A stretch of 63,663 nt of DNA, counting the filler, from Globobulimina sp. (Eukaryota): NCBI GenBank assembly GCA_003354225.1. It is 34 parts of 34 records of this genome, joined end to end, with 100 filler letters (N's around TTAATTAATTAA, not from the genome) between each part and the next. Parts side by side here need not be neighbours in the genome. Positions count along the whole stretch, not along the records: positions 9,385 to 11,160 come from PIVH01012072.1; positions 11,261 to 13,036 come from PIVH01012073.1; positions 13,137 to 14,912 come from PIVH01012074.1; positions 15,013 to 16,788 come from PIVH01012075.1; positions 16,889 to 18,664 come from PIVH01012076.1; positions 18,765 to 20,540 come from PIVH01012077.1; positions 20,641 to 22,416 come from PIVH01012078.1; 27 more parts are not named here. One strand, given 5' to 3'. Shown piece after piece: positions 9,400 through 21,976 of this stretch; position 1 is the first letter of the stretch, and every line of letters starts with the position of its first letter. Under the pieces are notes generated by a model. That model was not told the origin of the DNA and did no database searches. It worked only from the letters and a program-made list of their open reading frames with translations. Position numbers and translations under genes: made by a program.

Positions 9400-10964
9400 A
9401 TGGCCAAAATCATGAATATGTTCCTCAAGCAGAAAATACTCCATTTGCTTATTCGGTGCCTCGCACCAGCGGATGCTGTTGCAATGCATAACTCAGTTGA
9501 GAACAGAATGTGGGTCTCCTTTAAAAACGGAGTGTACGATATCACGGATTATTTGCAGAAACATGTTGGTGGCCCAAAATATATTGAATTAGTGGCCGGA
9601 GGCAGATTAGAATCGTTTTGGAGTTCATTTAACTTTCATTTAAACGATAGTGACATACAGCATTTATTGGAACAATATCGTATCGGTGATTTGAGGATGT
9701 CTGATCAGATAGCTTTAAACGATGATAATTTGCAACAATTTGAATTTGCAAATGAGCCATTTGCGGAACGACCTTATGACAAATTAATAGTTATGAGAGA
9801 TAATCCATTTTTAAGTGAAGCAAAAAACGAGTTATTGGGAGATTCCTTTATCACAGAAAATGAATTATTTTATACCAGAAACCATTTCCCTGTTCCAATT
9901 GCATTAAATGAAGCAAATTACAAATTAGATTTACATCTTAATATTGGCACAAATATAGATTTTACTGAAATGAATGATAAATGGGATGATGTAAACTGTG
10001 ATGCTTCGTTATCTTTGAATGACATTAAAAATAAATATGAGAATGTCGAGCTTATTGCAGCATTGCAATGCAGTGGAAATAGAGGATATGCATTGAGGTA
10101 CCACCTATTTTTAAACTCAATTTACTTTTACAACAAAATTACAAAAACACTTAAAGAGACCCATTAGGTTTAAAACATACATTGTGCCAAAATGGATTTA
10201 TATCCAATGCACATTGGAAAGGAGTAAGAATTCGAGATATCTTAATTGATAATGGATATGATGCGAATGATAAAAAATTTGATAAATATAAATATATTAC
10301 TTTTTATGCCTATGATACAGATGTCAGTACATTGCATTATGCGATGAGCACTCCGATTGCACACATTATGAACAAGTCAAATGATTGTTTACTGGCTTTC
10401 GAAATGAACGGAAAACCTTTGCCAAAAGATCATGGCTACCCATTAAGAGTATTATTTCCTGGCATTGCCGGCTGTCGATCGGTCAAATGGTTGGCCAAAA
10501 TGCAATTAACTGAAAGCGAAGTGAATAGTCCATGGCAAAAGGTAAGCTACAAACCATTTAAATATAAGCTCTATGATATGCCAATCACCTCAGTTATAAC
10601 CAGACCAATGGATGGGGATAAATTGAAGCAGTCAGATAATAATATTGTGAGTGTGAAAGGGTTTGCATGGAGTGGTGGAGGGAGAGGCATTGTTCGTGTC
10701 CAATTGAGTGTGGACGGCGGTGATAATTGGAAAGTTTGCGAATTGCAGCAAACTGAGCAAGAAAGAAATAGAGCGTGGTCTTGGACACTATGGAATGTTG
10801 ATATTGATGCGAAGGATATTAAAAGAGACAGAAACGGAAAGTGTAGCATTGTGTGCAGAGCAACTGACTCATCATTTAACTCACAGCCAAAGGATGTCAA
10901 AGATGTTTTGAATGGTACCATGTATGTAAATAATTCATGGCATTCAGTGAATGTTCAGATATGA
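9400..10964 (+). CDS. SUOX: Sulfite oxidase family protein (cytochrome b5, Moco and dimerisation domains); intron 10098-10156
   Basis: GVYDITDYLQKHVGG (b5), FYTRNHFPVP, LQCSGNR (Mo-ligand Cys), DHGYPLRV..PGIAGCRSVKWL, GFAWSGGGRGI; the 59-nt intron joins the two ORFs in frame. Confidence 0.92.
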
Positions 10965-11265
10965 TGAGATTGTATTTTATGTGCACATTGATCGAATAAT
11001 ACATATACATTTTCAACCATTGTTGAAAGTCAATTAGGCAAAAAACATCCAGGCTAAGTTTTTACTCGCTACTACTTGAATATTTGGCGGAGTTTGACAT
11101 AAAAACGCTAAAAACAAATAATTGGTCCTATTCACATGTTACTTCTATCATTGCCACCATNNNNNNNNNNNNNNNNNNNNNNNNNNNNNNNNNNNNNNNN
11201 NNNNTTAATTAATTAANNNNNNNNNNNNNNNNNNNNNNNNNNNNNNNNNNNNNNNNNNNNCAATA

Positions 11266-13036
11266 TCATTGGAGCTCTATGTTTTGTGTTATACTTTGCA
11301 TATAAACAGGATTGTTATCGTTTTTGCATTGATTACAATTAAAAACATTGTTCATTCCAATTCTTTGTGAACTCTTTGTATATAAATATAATGTATATGG
11401 TATGATTAATAAAGGAGAGAATGACAGAATTATGATAATGTATTCGATTATATTTTGATTATCAAATATTGGAGACGTGTATCCAAATACAGAGATTATA
11501 AAAGAGATAATTAATAGAAACATTTCAATTTCATTATTTAATCTATTTTTAAATGGCATGATTCCCACATGAATTAATAATAAAATTAACTGAAAATATC
11601 CAATATATATTGCGTTATTGATCCAAAATAGTATAATTAACGGAATTCCTTTTCGAATAAAACTAATTATTTCATATTGAGGCCATATTGATTTCCGATA
11701 TCCATATAAAATAAAACTTAAATTCCTTTCCCTTTTCTTTTGAAAATAAAAACACAAATAACACGGAAATACAATTAATCCAAATATCGCAATAATCATT
11801 GATAGAATCTGTTGAACATCATAACATTTAACATTTCAGTTCCAACCCATTATTTTCATACCAAAAGGGTTTATATTAACACAATGAGATAACTTCATAA
11901 AAATAGAAAAAGTGTGCAAATCTGTTAGTGTTAGAACATGCCATATAGTACATTTCAACGCATTCTTTGCGTTTTCATATTCATTTATTTTATTTTTATA
12001 TTTTGTGTTTAATACGAAATACAATGTACATAAAATAACAATAAACATAAAAACTGGACATAATAATACTATTAATTTACCTCTGGATGTTATATTTGAT
12101 CCCAGTGATATGTTAAAAAGAAATAAATTTAAATTTGCAATATATGATAACAACTGTTTTGATTGCAATTCCAATCCATAACTATGTAAATATAGCATTG
12201 TTTGATAAAATGTTAATAAATTAAACCAAATACAGACCACAAATTCATTTGCATTTGTTGAAGAGTCTGGATCTTGTGTTTCAAGGTAATAGTTAATATT
12301 ATATACAATCCATACTAAAACTACACAAATTACAAGATAACATGCAAAAAATAAAAACAATTCTATACCAGCTGCAGTGTGTTGATCATCACACGTTACA
12401 CAAATCCCATTCATACTATTTATAGTTTCGCAATATCCATTGTCACAGGAAGTGCATAATAAAGTGGAACTGTTTCGGTGTTTGATACACATATTATTTG
12501 ATATGGAACATCCTTCATCATTATTGCAACAATAATTTGATAAGCAATATGCAGTTTGAATTGTACCGTTTATATTTATTCCATAATAATGTGTTTTAAT
12601 GGAAACATTATTTCCATCCAAACAAGTCATTGCATGGTTGCATTGTTTGCATTTGTTTGTATGCATTGAATATGTGTTGTTTTCACAAAGAGTACAATTA
12701 AATGATAAATTATTGCCATTTTGATAATAGCCATCATGGCAATTTGTTAAATTGATACGTATGGTAATGTTATTGGATAATGTTGATGGAGAATATAAAG
12801 TGATCAAACCCTCAGAGTTAGATGGAAATGAGTTAATTTTTAGAGATAATGTATTCATGGAATTGTTTATCTGAGTGAAATGTTGAAATGTTGCATAATT
12901 TAATGATGATAAAGTATATGTTATATTGTAGTTATTCTTTGGTAATAACATTGAATTGTTGTCCCATCCACAGATATAAAATTCATGAATCGATTGTGGA
13001 GAATCGTTAACGATTAGATTGTTTGCTAAATGTTTT
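11266..13036 (-). pseudogene. Cys-rich ectodomain plus multi-TM protein with one in-frame TGA (11836-11838)
   Basis: CxxG...CxxC repeats followed by TM helices; ORFs 11836-12951 and 11266-11799 share a frame (GWN*NVKCY). Confidence 0.6.
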
Positions 13037-13136
13037 NNNNNNNNNNNNNNNNNNNNNNNNNNNNNNNNNNNNNNNNNNNNTTAATTAATTAANNNNNNNN
13101 NNNNNNNNNNNNNNNNNNNNNNNNNNNNNNNNNNNN

Positions 13137-14912
13137 TGCCACCAAAAATCTCCGAGACAGTGCCACAAAAAGCCATATTGACCATAGCTACGCCACCGGC
13201 CGAGACCGAAAAAACTAAACGAAAAAAAAAAAGCAGCACAAAAACACCCATAACGCAGCCAAACATACCAGCAATATCCGAACCAGCCACATTCGACAAT
13301 ACATTAACATTTACGTACGAATTGACATTACGCATCGAAACCTGGCTCAAAAAGAACAACTTATACTTTCCAACAAACAACAAAGGACACCAACTGCTGA
13401 CTGCATTGTTGGACTCCGGCATCGAAAACCCTGTGCCTGACCTGTCCCTTTTGTCTGCCTATCCAGACTTGCATGAAATTGCCGCCATGGCACACTTGAA
13501 TATATTGGAAAGGAGGAAGTTTATCAATGCCGCACATCTCAACATCACTGCATTCCATAACAATACCGCCACTGCGACAGAACCGACACCAAACACCAAT
13601 AAGAAGGTGGTTGTGATGAGCACGGAGGAGCAGCAAGCTTTAGCTCGCATGGATTGCATCATTGAGCAGTTGAAAAACACGCGAAATCTCATAAAACACC
13701 GCATTTCGCATATGAATGACGGCGGTGTGGCGTACGAGAAAATAATACGGAGGGAATTCGCGATACTGCGACATTTATTATGTCAGCGTTAACAACAATT
13801 AATCGATGAGATGAAATCTAAAATCAATGCTAAGATCTCTATGCTGAATGACTTGGATCATGACTTATTGATGACTTTGGAGGCATGTCAGCAGAGCAAG
13901 ATCAATGCACAAAAGCTGATGAAAACCAATGAGCAGCCTCGCGTTTCTCGGCAGAAATGGCGCGTATTGCAGGGGAGGAAGAAAAAGGTAATCAATATCA
14001 TCGAAGACTGTGTGTCGCAGAACGTGATGCAACATGCAAATAAAAGTGTAGCTTCGTTGATCATTTCCAGTATGTCTATGCAGGACATTATGCCCACACT
14101 GCCACAGCCGCTGATTGCGCAGTATCAGCCCAGTAAACATCGGATTTATTCCTATCCACATCATCACAAACGACATTACGACTCGTTGAACAACTATTTG
14201 TTGAATATATTTACTAAGAACATGGAGCAGATCCATATGGAACTGAGTGTGCCGGGCTTTGCCTTCAATTATACGCAAAGGAGCAAAATGCATAAACTGC
14301 TGACGCAGTATGGCGTGATTTGCGATGTGGAGCAACAATTAACGGCACAGTTAGTCACATTGTTCCCTGCGCAGTTTGGCCAAATGGACAATGACGAGAT
14401 TATGAATGCGGTGAAAGGCTCGAAAAATAAGCATCAATATACGAAATCTATCAATTTGAATTTGGCCACGAAAGCGAATAAAAAAAAAGTGAGGGAAAAG
14501 GAAAAAGAAAAGGAAGTTAAGGAAGGCCCTGAAGTTGAAAACATTTTGCCGTTAAGTTCCGGGGTGTTATCGCACGACATTTTAAGTGCGGATTTTAAAT
14601 TAATTAATCCCGAGGATTGGGAGCAGCAAATTATGGATAAAAAGAAACGGAAAAGTCGGAAAGGAGTCGACTGGAAACCATATGCGAGTTTGACAGTGAA
14701 TGTGTTGTTGAAAGAGAAGGACATCAATGAATGGCAATTAATTGAACAGAAATTGAAAGAGTTTGCAGAGAGCGAGGAGCGGAAAATCAAAAAATTGAAT
14801 CGGTTCAATGAGGATAGGTTCAATGAGTTGGACGATTTTGATGCAAAGGAAAGCTTTAAATTAGATAAGTTTTTCGCGAATATTGTGGCCAACGAACGGA
14901 AGGATGTGGTGC
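13137..14912 (+). pseudogene. SAM-like plus coiled-coil protein with one in-frame TAA (13790-13792); partial at both ends
   Basis: IETWLKKNNL...DLHEIAAMAHLNILERRKFINA (SAM-like); LCQR*QQLIDEM continues in frame into ORF 13811. Confidence 0.55.
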
Positions 14913-15304
14913 NNNNNNNNNNNNNNNNNNNNNNNNNNNNNNNNNNNNNNNNNNNNTTAATTAATTAANNNNNNNNNNNNNNNNNNNNNNNNNNNNNNNN
15001 NNNNNNNNNNNNTTCATTATAAATTTCTCCAATCCCTAAAATGTCTCCTTTGCTCCACTCCATCCATATTTCATTTGTGCCAAATTTATGCAATACAATT
15101 TTTCCATTAATGCAATCCAAACTGGCCACTCGGTCAAATTTTTTTTTTAGAGGGAAACACCAATAATCTGGCATCAAAGTACTGTAAATAGATTGCGAAT
15201 ACAACCTGCGAATAAATAATCACTCTTATTACCTGGAACAAGATGATAAAACACATAAAGGCACACGAAAAATGCATAGAAATGTCTTTAAAAAGGAAAA
15301 GGTT

Positions 15305-16788
15305 TTAAATAAAATCGTGTTGACTATATTGGCTGCTCACAATGCTTTGCTTCCTCAATTCATACGTTCTCTCGATTGTAAATAGAGTAATGATGTAAAA
15401 GAGATACTGCATTTGCGTTTTGTAATTTAGCTGAAATAAATTGGAAACCCCAATGGATTCTGATTCCTCGCAATTAATATTTGCTGCTCTCAATAGGCCA
15501 ATTCTTTTCAAAAACGTAACAAATTTCCGCTGAAACCCGCCGAAATCCTCCATAATTAATGGTTGATACAAAAGGCCGTCAACGGCATTATTCCTGATGT
15601 AATTATCGTATTTATTTATTTTGTGATTGTAGAAATTATTTGCCGCGGACAATTTCTTGTTGGCCGCCGCCTGAACCCTTGAACTGCACACGACTGAGCA
15701 CACACCAACGTCAAGAGCGACTGACCCCAATTATTAATATAGATGTCGGCTGGCTTCATATTATTCGCATCAAATAAATGCCGCCGCTCAATAGAATGCT
15801 CAATATCTGCGGACTTCAATAATGTTGATATGCCATAGACAATCTCGTCGTGTTTGTAAATAATGCCGGTTCCATGCTTACATATGACGCCATGGTCCGC
15901 CATATTATCGACCAACTCGTCACACGCGATGCATTTCCTGTTGTTAATAACTAATTGATGCCGTAATTTCCGTTTGCATAATATCCTAAATTCAGGATTA
16001 CTAAGCACCAACCCATAGCCATGGATCATTGGTGCGTTTAGCCACGCATTCGCGTTGCGGGTACCCTGTGAATAGAGAGCCGCTTTGTGGGCACCAGATT
16101 TGGTACTCATAAACCGATTTAATACGCGCGTTTGTATGGCGTTGACCATCCATTTCGTAGTGTGTTTCTCCGGAATGAATACATCAATTTTATAACTGGT
16201 TGATACGTTTGCATTGTACAACGACGTGCTGTATGCAATGCGTTGTTCGATCGTAGGTAAGAATGCGGCAAATATTTCTTCTGAAACAAGTGTCTTCGCA
16301 ATGGCTGTCGACGCATGAAGAGCTGGGAGATAGATCGCGCTTAGTTTGTTGGTAGCGGTGCGTAATCCAAATCCTGTCTTTTTTATCGATAATCCACATT
16401 GTACAAACTCCTCCTCCGACAGAATAAATCCAAACATACGGGATATAATCTCTCGTAACTGGCTGTCGTAAAACCTCGCGATTTCCATAGTTATGTCGGG
16501 AGGGACAGAACTAAACCAATATATGAGTCGTGAATCATTTATAAAGTCTCTCATTATTTTATATTGAGCCTGGGCTAATTGTAGGGTCGCAATGCGCGAT
16601 ATACTGCGTTTAATGTCCGTAACTTTCTTGCGAAGCTGTAAGATAACGAAATCCTGAGAGCCAATGGGTATGCTCAGGCATTCCGTGTTGCCATGTTCAT
16701 TGACTTTAAATTGTTTTAATGAGTCCGATAACAAATGCTGAATCGATTCAGCGCTCCAGGCGCACGTTATAATGCTTTTTGAGGCGTT
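15305..16788 (-). mobile_element. Degenerate non-LTR retrotransposon with restriction-like endonuclease (CRE-like): RT C-terminus, CCHC finger, RLE
   Basis: LSIPIGS, GFGLR, CIAC...DHGVIC...HDEI, KPADI..(frameshift)..ALDVGV, KINKY, PLIMEDFGG, and a second frameshift before FQFISAKLQNANA. Confidence 0.85.
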
Positions 16789-17245
16789 NNNNNNNNNNNN
16801 NNNNNNNNNNNNNNNNNNNNNNNNNNNNNNNNTTAATTAATTAANNNNNNNNNNNNNNNNNNNNNNNNNNNNNNNNNNNNNNNNNNNNATAAAATAAGTA
16901 AAGTAAGAAGGGTCATGCTGATATTCAAGCACGTAGACGAAAAAAACTACAGAAAACTAATTCGATTAGTGATTTTACTTTCAATTCACTTAAATGCACA
17001 AACTCTATTATCAAAATATATGATCAATATATGATCAAATTTTTAAACTCAACTTGGGCATGATTTAGAAGGGAAAACTGACACCTTCCCATTAGGCTAA
17101 CTAGGACCACATTCCTCTTAGGGTTTGGTTCAAATAAACCTCGACCAACATTGTCACCAAGCCCCGTCATAAATAAATCTCTGTTTTTCACAACTGTGAT
17201 TTGTTTGTCTTGGGGAGAAACAGTGTAGTTTTTAGCTTAAATTTA

Positions 17246-18416
17246 ATGAGGCTCGCCCAAAACGCTAAACGCTGTTTCTTTATCGCATCATTCTTTATCG
17301 CATCACTCTTTATCATGTCGTATCCCGCGGTATTCAACAGGTACGTACGGTCATTGTGATAGCTGACTGGTCGCCGAAATGAGCTGCTCGATCAGGTTAT
17401 AATTACCCTAATTAAATGCATACAATCTGATCTGATCGGGACTAAATTAGGTCAGGTATTGTCTAAATCTGACTGGTCTGAATAATATGCTGACCGCAGA
17501 GCTAAAGGGAAATTACTATAGGAATAGCATATTGGTATGCTGACCGGTCAGATTTGTTCCTTCGGTCACTGCATTTCGCTGCGCTGACCAGTCAGCCATC
17601 ACAATTCAGGTCATAATCAACTGACTGATTTCATTCTGATCTCTAAAATTCTGACCTGACACTGACAGGCTGTTGACCATCAACAATGACCGTCCGTTTC
17701 TGGTATTCGATGCTTCAGCTGATCACAAATGGAATATTTCCTGCGGTGAACCTCGCCCTCTCATTTTCATCCACATTCAAAAAAATGCTGGTGACTCAGT
17801 CTGGCACTTCATGAAAAGGCATGATTTGTGGCACAACAAACACCCAAAACATTTTGCTGCAGAAACAGCGGCCTCATATTATTCTGCGAAAGAATGGAAT
17901 GAGTCTTTTAAATTTGCATTTGTTCGCAATCCGTGGGCAAGAGTACTTTCTTGGTATTCAATGTGGATCGTAGCTAATCAAGGAAGGGGGCCGGGAGTTA
18001 ATGGCATATTGAAACATTGTAATTGTTCCATTCAATGCTCATTTCATCATTTTGTGACTCAATGTCAAGAGACTGCTGTTTATAACCGCGGGAAAGCTAA
18101 TTTTAAAGGTATTAAAAAAAAGGGTAAAAAAGGTATTACGAGAAGTCAGTTGGAATATTTTGTGAGTATGAATTCCTCCAATCAAATATTGCTAGATTTT
18201 GTGGGTAAAATGGAAAACATAATGGTTGATTTGGAGACTGTGTTAAAAAGATCATGTAATTATTACGATGGAATATTGGACTCATTTCCTCATATTGTCC
18301 ACGGATCGAATCACTCCGATTATCGCAACTATTATGACAATGAAACGCAAGCATTAATTGCTCAGTGGTTTGCTGCAGATATTGAAATGTTTAATTATTC
18401 ATATTCAACTAATTGA
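17246..18416 (+). CDS. Golgi-type sulfotransferase (Sulfotransfer_2 family); exon 1 17246-17340, intron 17341-17668
   Basis: Exon 1 encodes a signal anchor (MRLAQNAKRCFFIASFFIASLFIMSY); splicing is in frame; PAPS motifs FIHIQKNAG and FVRNPWARVLSWY. Confidence 0.9.
17353..17605. mobile_element. MITE-like element inside the sulfotransferase intron
   Basis: ATTGTGATAGCTGACTGGTC ... GACCAGTCAGCCATCACAAT, 19/20 inverted match; CTGA/TCAG-rich interior. Confidence 0.7.
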
Positions 18417-18565
18417 GGTCTTATTATACTGATTGTCAAAAGTGTTTTGCACTACATACTAAATATCATTATATACAGTATACAGTATACATAAACAATA
18501 TACAATATACAGTATACATCGATATACAATAAATGTATACAAATAATAATATAAAAATGACTTTT

Positions 18566-18600
18566 TAAACACTTCTTTTGGGATTGGCAAGGTTTTTGGG
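18566..18600. repeat. Copy of the terminal sequence of the hairpin element at 59789
   Basis: TAAACACTTCTTTTG(G/T)GATTGGCAAGGTTT(T/C)TGGG is shared with 59774-59808. Confidence 0.85.
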
Positions 18601-18626
18601 TCGAAAGAAAAAGTTAGTTGGCATGG

Positions 18627-18658
18627 TCAAGATAACTAAATATATTTAGTTATCTTGA
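18627..18658. repeat. Perfect 32-bp palindrome
   Basis: TCAAGATAACTAAATA-TATTTAGTTATCTTGA. Confidence 0.95.
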
Positions 18659-19127
18659 TATCGTNNNNNNNNNNNNNNNNNNNNNNNNNNNNNNNNNNNN
18701 NNNNNNNNTTAATTAATTAANNNNNNNNNNNNNNNNNNNNNNNNNNNNNNNNNNNNNNNNNNNNCAAGCATGCAGTTGGTCGAATTATCAGAACGTTTTT
18801 AGTTTAAAAAAAATAAATTGAAGATATTAAAATATTAAAAAAAAGTATCAAAAAAACAAGAACAAACCTTGTTTTGGACAATTTTAAAAAACACACGAAA
18901 CGAATAATTGAAGCATCAACAGAAAAGTCTTAAGAATTCCAGAACTTCAATTATTTCAAAAAGTGTTAGCCATCGGCAAAAAACACACAATTTAAAAAAA
19001 ATAAACAAAAAAAGAATGGTGTAATCATTAAATCACAGAAACACCATATTAACAATAAAAACAATATAAATCTCGTACACAATGTATACAAAAAAAAACG
19101 TTATTGTACATGTTGCATTTTATTTTT

Positions 19128-19995
19128 TTAACGTTTTCTTCCAAAATACCGAGCAAATAATTGATTTTCTCGTAGAAAAACAAAGAATTTATAAACAAAA
19201 ATAGCAAAAATAAACATTTTAAACGCATTTTTCAAATAATGGAAATACTCTGAATTTTTGTAATATGGCTTTTCTTGTTGGTTGCGCATAAAAACAAATG
19301 GTGAATGAAAGCTAGTTTGCATGATATTCGTTGGCTGTACCTTATAAACTTCGATTTTAAAGTTTAATAACTCAATTTCGGACTGTTTCCCCTGCTCTTT
19401 GTGGCTAATTTCATTTCGTAACTTACTCACTGTCGCTTCCATTTTATTGAAATGTTGTTGCAAATCATTTTTATTTCTTGTTAAGTGTCCCATTTTATCT
19501 TCATATTCACTCTGTAATTTATTAAATTCATCATGTAATTTATTATATTTTTCATTCTGTTGATTATATTCGATTTGTTTAGCATTAATATGTTGTTTTA
19601 ATTCATTTATTGTTTGATTTGATAATTTTGATTTGGTTGAATATTTTTCGAATTCTACAACTTTTGATTCAATTTCTTGATCCAATGAAGCTTTCGAAAT
19701 ATTCCGTTCTTTTTCTAACTGCGCGATATCATTTATTTTGACTTGAAATAGTAAATTCAATTCGTTATATTTTCGTTGTTCAACTTTATTATTTTTGATT
19801 TGTTGATTAAAATTACCTTTTAATAAACTTATTTCTTCCTTATTTTTTGCAATTACATGAAGTAATTGTTGCTTCACATTTGCTAATTGAGTATTTTTCG
19901 TGTTTAATTCTTCATTTTCGTCGGTTAATGTTTTAATTTTATCGTTTAAATCATTTATATTCACATCATTGTGAGATATTATGTCATTTAAACAT
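19128..19995 (-). CDS. Eukaryotic coiled-coil protein C-terminal fragment with hydrophobic tail
   Basis: AT-rich, K/E/N/Q heptad-rich ORF ending FIFAIFVYKFFVFL. Confidence 0.6.
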
Positions 19996-20219
19996 TGTAC
20001 TTCGTTTTCAGAAAAACGCTGCCAGACATTCATCTCCGTTAACAGTGTTTTTGACAGGTGCGTCATGGCAATATCTCTGCCATCAAAGTCCGGGTTCTCA
20101 ATGGTTTTAAGAGGCTGCTTCTCAACCAACGCCACACTTAACCCAGACTCCGCCAGCAACAGCGCAAAACTTAAACCAGCAGGACCTGCGCCGACGACAA
20201 CAATATCTTTTTTATTCAT
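19996..20219 (-). CDS. Bacterial FAD-dependent ubiquinone hydroxylase (UbiM/UbiH family), N-terminal fragment
   Basis: DIVVVGAGPAGLSFA...VEKQP...FDGRDIAMTH; higher GC; GAGG upstream of the ATG. Confidence 0.85.
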
Positions 20220-20357
20220 TCTCGGCCTCAACATTGACTCATTTTCATTCGAATCAGAATATAGAACACGAAACATATTTATGTTGATCTCCATCAATAC
20301 GGGCAATCAGTGGGTGGCGATAATCTAGACATACGCTCACAACAAGGAGATTCAGCC

Positions 20358-20540
20358 ATGCTTTCATTGAAAGCCTGCGACATCATGTCCTGCGATTTAC
20401 TTTACGCCAACGAGGGCTGGTCAATTCACCGGCTGGCTGAATTTTTATTGCAGAACAAGATAACCGGCGCGCCGGTCATCAGTACTGACGGCACATTAAC
20501 CGGAGTAGTCAGCACCACCGATATTTTTCAGTTTGAAAAC
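20358..20540 (+). CDS. Bacterial CBS-domain protein, N-terminal fragment
   Basis: Shine-Dalgarno AGGAG at 20345-20349; ACDIMS...ITGAPV...LTGVVSTTDI. Confidence 0.85.
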
Positions 20541-20641
20541 NNNNNNNNNNNNNNNNNNNNNNNNNNNNNNNNNNNNNNNNNNNNTTAATTAATTAANNNN
20601 NNNNNNNNNNNNNNNNNNNNNNNNNNNNNNNNNNNNNNNNC

Positions 20642-21046
20642 TTTTTAATATTAACGCATGTGGCAGAAGAATAGGAACATAAAGCAATTGCTAAATGTAA
20701 GCAGTTCTTTGCTAAAGGCGATATTTATCAAGAAAACTATTTAGCGCATCATTACCTGGGATTAGCGTATGCTTTGTTGAGACAGCATGGCAAAGCAATT
20801 CAAGAATTTAAAGAATCCATTAAATACAGCAAAGATAATATATTTTCGTCAGAAGTATATATGGAATTAGGCGTAGAAACAGTGCGAGATGATTTAGACG
20901 AAGCTCTGTCATATGTATTAAAAGCCAGAGAATTGCGAAGTGATTTGCCGTCTGTTAATTATAATTTAGGTGTTTTATATGATAAGAAAAATGATTTAAA
21001 TAATTCAGAATATTATTATAGATTAGGAATTAAGGTACGAATATGA
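20642..21046 (+). pseudogene. TPR-repeat protein fragment
   Basis: AHHYLGLAY...AIQEFKESI and VNYNLGVLY; in-frame TAG at 20672 and a degraded 3' continuation. Confidence 0.65.
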
Positions 21047-21214
21047 CTTAATTTATAAATCCTAAAACCAGCACAGAAACAGTTGTATAGAAATCTGATT
21101 TTAGTATTTATAAATTTTTCCTTTGTGCAAATGATGACAATGTACCTCAAAAGCAACAACCATGGGATCATAAATCATATATTAATATCACATTATGTAC
21201 ACAAACAAAGAAAA

Positions 21215-21802
21215 TCATGGCTTAACTAATGAACTCATCATTTGACGAAATAAATTTGCTATCGTTTGTTCAGAAAGCTTTTGATCGCCAGATATTGTGT
21301 CAAATAGTTCTCCGCCGCCACAATAATTCATTACAATGTATAAATGTTGAATATCTTCAAAAACCTGGTGATACGTAATAATATTCGGGTGTTCGTGTGC
21401 TGCGGCTAATAATTGTGTTTCTGCCCGTAAGCCGCTGAATAGCTGATACGTGAATTTTGGATCATTGTACTTGTGTTTATTAATAATTTTAACTGCAAAT
21501 TGTTTTTGATAATTTATACTTTTTTTATCGATGCAAATCGCTTCTTTGCAAATTCCGTATTGATCAGGGTTTCCCAACACTTTTTTGAGTGTATAATATT
21601 TGTGGATAGCTGGTGTTTTGCGGAGAACGAATAACGAGTGTTTTTTGTTACATTCTTGCATTTGTTTTGCTGCTTTCACGTAATCATCAGACTTTTCCTC
21701 AAAATTTACCCATAATTTATTTAATTCATCTATTGAAGCGGATTTAGATATTTTTTCTTTATTTTTTAATAAATGTTCAGCAACTTCAATTTCTGCAAAC
21801 AT
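21215..21802 (-). pseudogene. CAMK/CDPK-type Ser/Thr kinase, N-lobe only
   Basis: FAVKIINK, HPNII, LYIVMNYCGGGELFD; no HRD or DFG motif recognised downstream. Confidence 0.7.
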
Positions 21803-21976
21803 AGTGCGTAACCTTACAAGTTTTGATAAGAAATTATGCGATTATTAATTATGAGCACAAATCCGTGTAGCTGTAGCATGATAATATTTAATAATTTAGT
21901 GACTGCAGTGATTTTGAGCGATTTTCGAGATGGCAAGTTTTCCACCAAATGACTTAATAATTACAAAATCTTGAAA

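Noticed and set aside
17277-17315. 15-bp tandem repeat as a regulatory element
   Set aside because: It is coding sequence for the FFIAS-FFIAS-LFI signal anchor of the sulfotransferase
19128-20306. 392-aa FAD-hydroxylase/coiled-coil fusion as a real novel protein
   Set aside because: Only about 75 aa of the hydroxylase is present and composition shifts abruptly; most likely chimeric
11836-20674. Alternative genetic code (stop reassignment)
   Set aside because: TAA, TAG and TGA all terminate ordinary ORFs here, and internal stops are rare and of mixed type
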